From an uncultured bacterium (lineage in GTDB: Bacteria > Acidobacteriota > HRBIN11 > JAKEFK01), in the NCBI GenBank assembly GCA_963777505.1, contig CAVZQN010000004.1, positions 672,001 to 736,000 on the forward strand: 64,000 nt of DNA, in the 5' to 3' direction. Under the pieces are notes generated by a model. That model did no database searches, was not told the DNA's origin, and saw only the letters and a list, made by a program, of their open reading frames with translations. Made by a program: the position numbers and the translations under genes. Shown piece after piece: positions 58,971 to 64,000 of this stretch (position 1 is the first letter of the stretch; every line of letters begins with the position of its first letter).

Positions 58971-60215
58971 ATGCGTGTATTCTTAAACTTCGTTACCGCC
59001 GCCCTATTATTCCTGTTTTCGCAGGGAGTCCAAATGGGTTTTGCCCAACCCGTTTCGTGCCCGATACCGTCACATTTGGGAAACTGGTCTCTTAGGCAGC
59101 CGATTCCACTGATGAATTCTGAGTTCGGAGCTGCATCATTGAATGGCCTCATCTATGCTGCGGGTGGATACAATATGGAGAATCATGCAAAGCTTCTAAT
59201 TTATGACCCGAAAAAAAATACCTGGACCGAAGGCCCTGACCTTCCGCATGGGACGCATCATTCAGCGGTAATTGGATTGAATCAGAAATTGTATGTTATG
59301 GGTGGAAGCATTGCTCCTGAGGCTGTACAGATCTACGATCCTGTGGCCCGGACGTGGAGCTCCGGAAGGCCGATTCCCACTCCTAGAGCGGCAATGGCGG
59401 GCGCAGTCATCGACGGTAAGATTCATTTGATCGGCGGAGCCAGAGATACTCAAACAGGGACTGCCGTGAACAATCATGAAGTCTACGATCCGCAAACGAA
59501 TTCATGGCAGAGCCGTGCGCCGCTGCCGAATCCTTCGGAACACGTAGCTGCCGGCGTGCTGAATGGACGCATTTACGTTGTTGGCGGTCGCCAACGTTTT
59601 ACCAACATGGCTTTAACCCAGGTCTACAATCCAACAACAAATACCTGGTCGAGTGCAGCTTCCTTGAATCAAGCACGAAGTGGATTGGGGCTCGTGACTT
59701 TTGAAAAAGCAATTTACGTTTTTGGCGGTGAGGATTTGCGTGGGCGAAAGGTTGTGGGTTCCACAGAACGATATGACGCGAATGCAAATCGATGGGATCT
59801 GATTAATCCAATGTTGAAAGCTGTTCACGGCAGCCCCGGAGTTGTTTCCGGACGCCATATCTATGTCTTTGGAGGGGGGCAGGGTGCCGGAAGCGGTATA
59901 GGAACCAATTTTGTGCAACGTCTCGACATATCAAACTCTCCGAAACAACCATTGAATCTGACAGCTCAAGCTGTTTCTTCAAGTTCTGTGCAATTAAGAT
60001 GGGTGGATTCATCTACGAACGAAGTTTCTTATCTCGTTCAGTCAAAAATCGGCACGAAACCTTTTCAAACGATTGCAACAATTACTGCAAATTCCAAACA
60101 GTATGTTGCCAGAGGATTGACGCCGGCGACCCTATACACTTTCCGGATTATCGCGCGAAATGGATGCGCCGATTCGACTCCTTCTGTGATCGCAACCGCA
60201 ACAACGCGGCAGTAA
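58971..60215 (+). CDS. Secreted Kelch-repeat beta-propeller protein with C-terminal FN3 domain
   Basis: GGAGGT RBS; signal peptide; six IYxxGG..YDP..W blades; FN3 GLTPATLYTFRI. Confidence 0.9.
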   Translation: MRVFLNFVTAALLFLFSQGVQMGFAQPVSCPIPSHLGNWSLRQPIPLMNSEFGAASLNGLIYAAGGYNMENHAKLLIYDPKKNTWTEGPDLPHGTHHSAVIGLNQKLYVMGGSIAPEAVQIYDPVARTWSSGRPIPTPRAAMAGAVIDGKIHLIGGARDTQTGTAVNNHEVYDPQTNSWQSRAPLPNPSEHVAAGVLNGRIYVVGGRQRFTNMALTQVYNPTTNTWSSAASLNQARSGLGLVTFEKAIYVFGGEDLRGRKVVGSTERYDANANRWDLINPMLKAVHGSPGVVSGRHIYVFGGGQGAGSGIGTNFVQRLDISNSPKQPLNLTAQAVSSSSVQLRWVDSSTNEVSYLVQSKIGTKPFQTIATITANSKQYVARGLTPATLYTFRIIARNGCADSTPSVIATATTRQ

Positions 60216-60239
60216 GGGACCGCGGACGTCTCGCCTGCA
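60213..60239. repeat. 27-bp REP-like unit
   Basis: TAAGGGACCGCGGACGTCTCGCCTGCA; two more copies at 61639-61692. Confidence 0.75.
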
Positions 60240-60325
60240 TTCTTTTGTTACTGCGATAACTTATCTGCAACCTTTTGTTTTTTTAACACTCTGTATCTAT
60301 GTAAGAAAAACAATTGGAGTAATTT

Positions 60326-61633
60326 ATGAAATCACGAACAACGATTCTCGTTTTGTGCCTATTCGTGATTCTCTGCGCAGCCTTTTTTGTGACCGCTTCA
60401 TCACAACGCTTTAAACCGGCTCCGGAAAGTTCGTTTGATGCTGCGATCGCAAATAATGCGAAACAGATGATTGCAGAAGGCAGAAGGATTTTTCGTTTTG
60501 ACACATTCGGAGATCAAGCATTTTGGGGCGATAGTCTCCGGTTGCATGAAGCAATTCAAAACGTAAGCCCTGCTACAGCCCTGGCAGTGGGTTTAAAGGT
60601 TGATTCCGCTGCGTTACCCCCGGAAGTAATCCAGGCGATTCAGCAAGGGACTGTCAATTTAAATGACCCTGCTGTAACGCGCACATTACTGCAAGCGAAA
60701 GCCGTTGTTGGAGTGACCGGATTTTTTTCCGGAAACAATCTCACTTCAATTGGAATTCAATGCGCACTCTGCCATTCAACTGTTGATAATTCAATTGCAA
60801 ATGGTATTGGCCGCAGACTTGATGGATGGCCCAACCGTGATTTGGACATCGGACAAATTGTAGCGCTTGCACCCAATCTTCAGCCGGTGGCGGATTTACT
60901 TGAAACGGATCAAGCTACAGTCCGCACGGTTTTGCGAAGTTGGGGACCAGGAAAATTTGATGCAGAACTTCTGCTTGATGGAAAAGCATTTCGTGAAGAC
61001 GGTAGTTCAGCTGCTGTCTTGATTCCGCCAGCGTTCGGTCTCGCCGGAATTAATGATGCAACATGGACTGGAAGCTGGGGAACAGTCAGCTATTGGAATG
61101 CATTTGTTGCAAATCTTGAAATGCATGGACAAGGCACGTTTATCGATCCACGCTTGAACAATGCAACCAAATTTCCAGTTGCTGCAAAAGCCGGATTTGG
61201 AAATATTCGAAGTAATCCCGATTTGATTACATCGAAACTACCGGCTCTGCATTTCTATCAACTTTCAATCCCGGCTCCCACGCCGCCAGCTGGTACTTTT
61301 GATTCATCGGCAGCAGCGCGTGGAGAAGATCTTTTCAATTCAAAAGCAAAATGTGCAAGATGCCATGTTCCTCCAATATTTACTGAACCTGGCTGGAATC
61401 TTCATACTGCTGAAAGCATCGGTATCGATGATTTTCAAGCGAAAAGATCTCCGGATAATAGATACCGCACTTCTCCTTTGAAAGGATTGTTTGCGCATGA
61501 AAAAGGTGGCTTCTATCATGATGGAAGATTTAGAACTCTGATGGATGTCATCAATCATTACAACGGACACTTCAATCTAGGTTTGAGTGATTCGGAGAAA
61601 GCTGATCTGGAACAATATTTAAGATCGATATAA
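60326..61633 (+). CDS. Exported di-heme c-type cytochrome (peroxidase/RoxA-like C-terminus)
   Basis: Signal peptide; CALCH and CARCH; RGEDLF, YRTSPLKG, YHDG, DLEQYLRSI. Confidence 0.8.
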   Translation: MKSRTTILVLCLFVILCAAFFVTASSQRFKPAPESSFDAAIANNAKQMIAEGRRIFRFDTFGDQAFWGDSLRLHEAIQNVSPATALAVGLKVDSAALPPEVIQAIQQGTVNLNDPAVTRTLLQAKAVVGVTGFFSGNNLTSIGIQCALCHSTVDNSIANGIGRRLDGWPNRDLDIGQIVALAPNLQPVADLLETDQATVRTVLRSWGPGKFDAELLLDGKAFREDGSSAAVLIPPAFGLAGINDATWTGSWGTVSYWNAFVANLEMHGQGTFIDPRLNNATKFPVAAKAGFGNIRSNPDLITSKLPALHFYQLSIPAPTPPAGTFDSSAAARGEDLFNSKAKCARCHVPPIFTEPGWNLHTAESIGIDDFQAKRSPDNRYRTSPLKGLFAHEKGGFYHDGRFRTLMDVINHYNGHFNLGLSDSEKADLEQYLRSI

Positions 61634-61638
61634 AAGCG

Positions 61639-61692
61639 TAAGGGACCGCAGGCGTCCCGCCTGCATAAGGGATCGCGGACGTCTCGTCCGCA
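61639..61692. repeat. Two tandem 27-bp REP-like units
   Basis: TAAGGGACCGCAGGCGTCCCGCCTGCA + TAAGGGATCGCGGACGTCTCGTCCGCA. Confidence 0.8.
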
Positions 61693-61746
61693 CCTTATTG
61701 GGTTAACACTCGAATTCGATTTTCTAGTTGTGCCCGTTGCGGCCAA

Positions 61747-63774
61747 TCAGATGGAGACGTCCGTTAAAAGCTCTTTGTATGTCGCGAGCGCTTCTTCTTT
61801 CCTGTTCAGGTTTTCAAGGACGAAGCCAAGAGCAAATCGTGCACGCAGCATTTTCTTATTTTTTGATGTAAGCCTTGAAAGTCTCGTTTGCGCTTCATCC
61901 CATCGTTTCAACTGGACTAAAAGAAATGCAAGGTTGGCTTCACTTTCTTCATAATTGGGGTTCAGCGAGAGTGCTCGCAGATAAGCTGCCTCTGCCTCTT
62001 TAGCCTGTCCTAGATTTTGATATGCAATTGCTAGATTGTTCCAATACGATGCTTTGGGTTGATTCTTGATCGCTATCAATAATTCCTGAACTGATTTCTG
62101 AGGTTCGCCTTTTTGCGTGTAAAGAATCCCAAGCTGGTTGTGGAATTCGGGCAGGTCCTGATTCAGCAGCCCAAGTGCTTCATCCCATCGTTTCTGAGCA
62201 ACATAAAAAGACGCTAGTTCGAAAGTAGCTTCATGATAAAAAGGAAACCGGTTGATTGCATCTTTAAGAATTTTTTCTGCATCTGCCGGTTTTTGAATGC
62301 GGTTATAAGCTTTGGCGAGTTGAACGGCCACCTCCGGATCCGGCAATCGATTTAAGGAAGTTGAATATGCTTTTGCTGCATCGGAATATTTGCGCTGTGC
62401 GCCAAAAGCATCGCCAAGAAAACGATATGCGAGGCCATTATGCTTTTCGGTGTTTGTAATTTCTAAAAAGCTTTTTTCTGCTTGCGGATATTTTTCTTGC
62501 TGTAAAAGAATCATGCCCTGTCTAAATCTTTCGATAACTTCAATCTTCGTCTTTGGATCGGCACCTGTTTGCGCCACAGTAGCTCCAACATAGCCAAGGC
62601 TTCTCAATTTTTCTTGTTCTTCCTCAGACAGGGTGCTTTCATTCTGTTTTGATGAAGTTTTGGAATACCCGCGAATCGCATTCTGGCATTCCTGAACTGA
62701 GCTCTTTTTAATAAGGTTTTGAAGTTCTGTTGGATCGTTCGTAAGATCATAAAATTCTGCGTCAGGGGCGTGGATAAATTTTTTCCCTTCGCGAATGCAT
62801 GCAAAAAGCGGGGCATATCCAAAATTTCGCTGTGCATACAGAGACTCTGCCAGTATCGTGCGATTCTTCGGTTGGGTAAGAAGCGAAATACCATCAAACG
62901 AATTCGTTCGTGCATTAACGCCTGCGAGCTGAAGGATTGTCGGTGCAATATCAGAAAGTGTAACGGGATCGTTTCGTATTCCGGCTTTGAGACCTGGCGC
63001 GCGGATTATCAATGGCACATGTAAGGTCGCGTTGTAAACAAAAACAGCATGTGTGGATTCTTTGTGTTCACCGAGACTTTCACCGTGATCGGCTGTAATG
63101 ATTACAATTGAGTCCGGACCGATCCCTTGCAAAAGCCGTGAGATTTGATAGTCAACGAATGCGATTTCGCCATCGTATGCCGCATCGGGGAATTTTTTCC
63201 TGAACTGTTCGGGAGGTTCATACTCTGTATGCGGATCAAAATAATGTACCCAGAGAAAATAAGGTGACGTGAAGTTTTTCATTTCCTGTAATGCAAGATC
63301 TGTTGTTACATTGGCTGCTCTTTCTGCGCCTGGAAATTCATCGTGATATACATCAAACCCACGATTGAGACCGAATGCTGAAAACAATGGCGCTGCAGAG
63401 ACAATCGCGGACGTATGGTATCCATTTTGTTTGAGTAATTCCTGAACCATCGGCGACTTCGTCAGCTGAAAATGAGCATTGTCCCGGATTCCATGATGTT
63501 CAGGATAAAGACCGCTGAGTATCGTTGCATGCGATGGAAGAGTTATAGGAACGGCGGCATAAGCATTTTTGAAAAGCAACGATTGTTTCGCGAAACGATC
63601 CAGATTAGGGGAAGTTGCTTTCGAGTATCCATAACAACCCAGGTGATCGGCACGAAGTGTATCAATTGTTATCAAAACAATATTGGTTTTCGATTGAGAT
63701 TCAACGGGAACTCTAGACGAAAAAACGAACAATAGGACCAACGCTGAAAGTAGGAGGCGGTTTTTTACTGACAT
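61747..63774 (-). CDS. Sulfatase-like hydrolase with C-terminal TPR repeats; start moved to ATG 63774
   Basis: ITIDTLRADH, ITLPSH, HYFDPH, TADHGE, LRSLGY, then TPRs. Confidence 0.9.
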   Translation of the reverse strand: MSVKNRLLLSALVLLFVFSSRVPVESQSKTNIVLITIDTLRADHLGCYGYSKATSPNLDRFAKQSLLFKNAYAAVPITLPSHATILSGLYPEHHGIRDNAHFQLTKSPMVQELLKQNGYHTSAIVSAAPLFSAFGLNRGFDVYHDEFPGAERAANVTTDLALQEMKNFTSPYFLWVHYFDPHTEYEPPEQFRKKFPDAAYDGEIAFVDYQISRLLQGIGPDSIVIITADHGESLGEHKESTHAVFVYNATLHVPLIIRAPGLKAGIRNDPVTLSDIAPTILQLAGVNARTNSFDGISLLTQPKNRTILAESLYAQRNFGYAPLFACIREGKKFIHAPDAEFYDLTNDPTELQNLIKKSSVQECQNAIRGYSKTSSKQNESTLSEEEQEKLRSLGYVGATVAQTGADPKTKIEVIERFRQGMILLQQEKYPQAEKSFLEITNTEKHNGLAYRFLGDAFGAQRKYSDAAKAYSTSLNRLPDPEVAVQLAKAYNRIQKPADAEKILKDAINRFPFYHEATFELASFYVAQKRWDEALGLLNQDLPEFHNQLGILYTQKGEPQKSVQELLIAIKNQPKASYWNNLAIAYQNLGQAKEAEAAYLRALSLNPNYEESEANLAFLLVQLKRWDEAQTRLSRLTSKNKKMLRARFALGFVLENLNRKEEALATYKELLTDVSI

Positions 63775-64000
63775 TTTTTTTGGAAACGATCGGTCAGGCT
63801 TGAAGAAATGTTTTGCGATTTTCCGATTATGTCTTTTGCATTCGCACAATCACCCGCATTCAAAAATGCATCCAGCGCACTTTCCCACTGCTCTTTACTT
63901 GCATGGATTAATCCCATCCCTTTCCATGCTGGAGCGGACTTGCTGTTGGCGTCCAACGCCAGCCGAAAGTATTTTTCTGCTCCGGCTGCATCACGTGAAG
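63765..64000 (-). CDS. C-terminal end of a TPR protein (partial)
   Basis: Open frame from the window edge: AEKYFRLALDANSKSAPAWKGMGLIH; overlaps start of the sulfatase gene. Confidence 0.7.
   Translation of the reverse strand, partial: SRDAAGAEKYFRLALDANSKSAPAWKGMGLIHASKEQWESALDAFLNAGDCANAKDIIGKSQNISSSLTDRFQKKCQ

Noticed and set aside
60213-61692. CRISPR array
   Set aside because: Three units only, two directly adjacent with no spacer, and no cas genes
61747-61749. Sec read-through of the sulfatase TGA
   Set aside because: No redox motif context and the read-through frame runs into repeat sequence

Overview
Ordinary chromosomal DNA from a moderately AT-rich bacterium. Gene content (sulfatase-TPR, DUF1800/DUF1501, IPT-propeller, ECF/anti-sigma/DUF3106) is suggestive of Acidobacteriota, which is inference only. 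In order, it holds a Ser/Thr kinase-PP2C-helical repeat-RodZ-like cluster, gcvT-H-PA-PB, a glycosyltransferase/radical SAM cluster, groES-EL with a perfect CIRCE, purC, an ECF sigma module, two secreted subtilases, tRNA-Phe, a complete his operon, hsp20 and several exported proteins. No integrase, transposase, phage or CRISPR signal was seen. The most notable observations are: (1) a selenocysteine peroxiredoxin (TPG-UGA-T plus a SECIS-like hairpin) absent from the ORF track; (2) a ~170-aa C-terminal domain shared by two otherwise unrelated secreted proteins, a candidate lineage-specific sorting or anchoring domain; (3) an in-frame HisD-HisC fusion in an operon headed by a YerC/HisR repressor with two operator palindromes; (4) a small promoter-terminator unit that may be an sRNA; (5) several REP-like repeat families, some with compensatory base changes.
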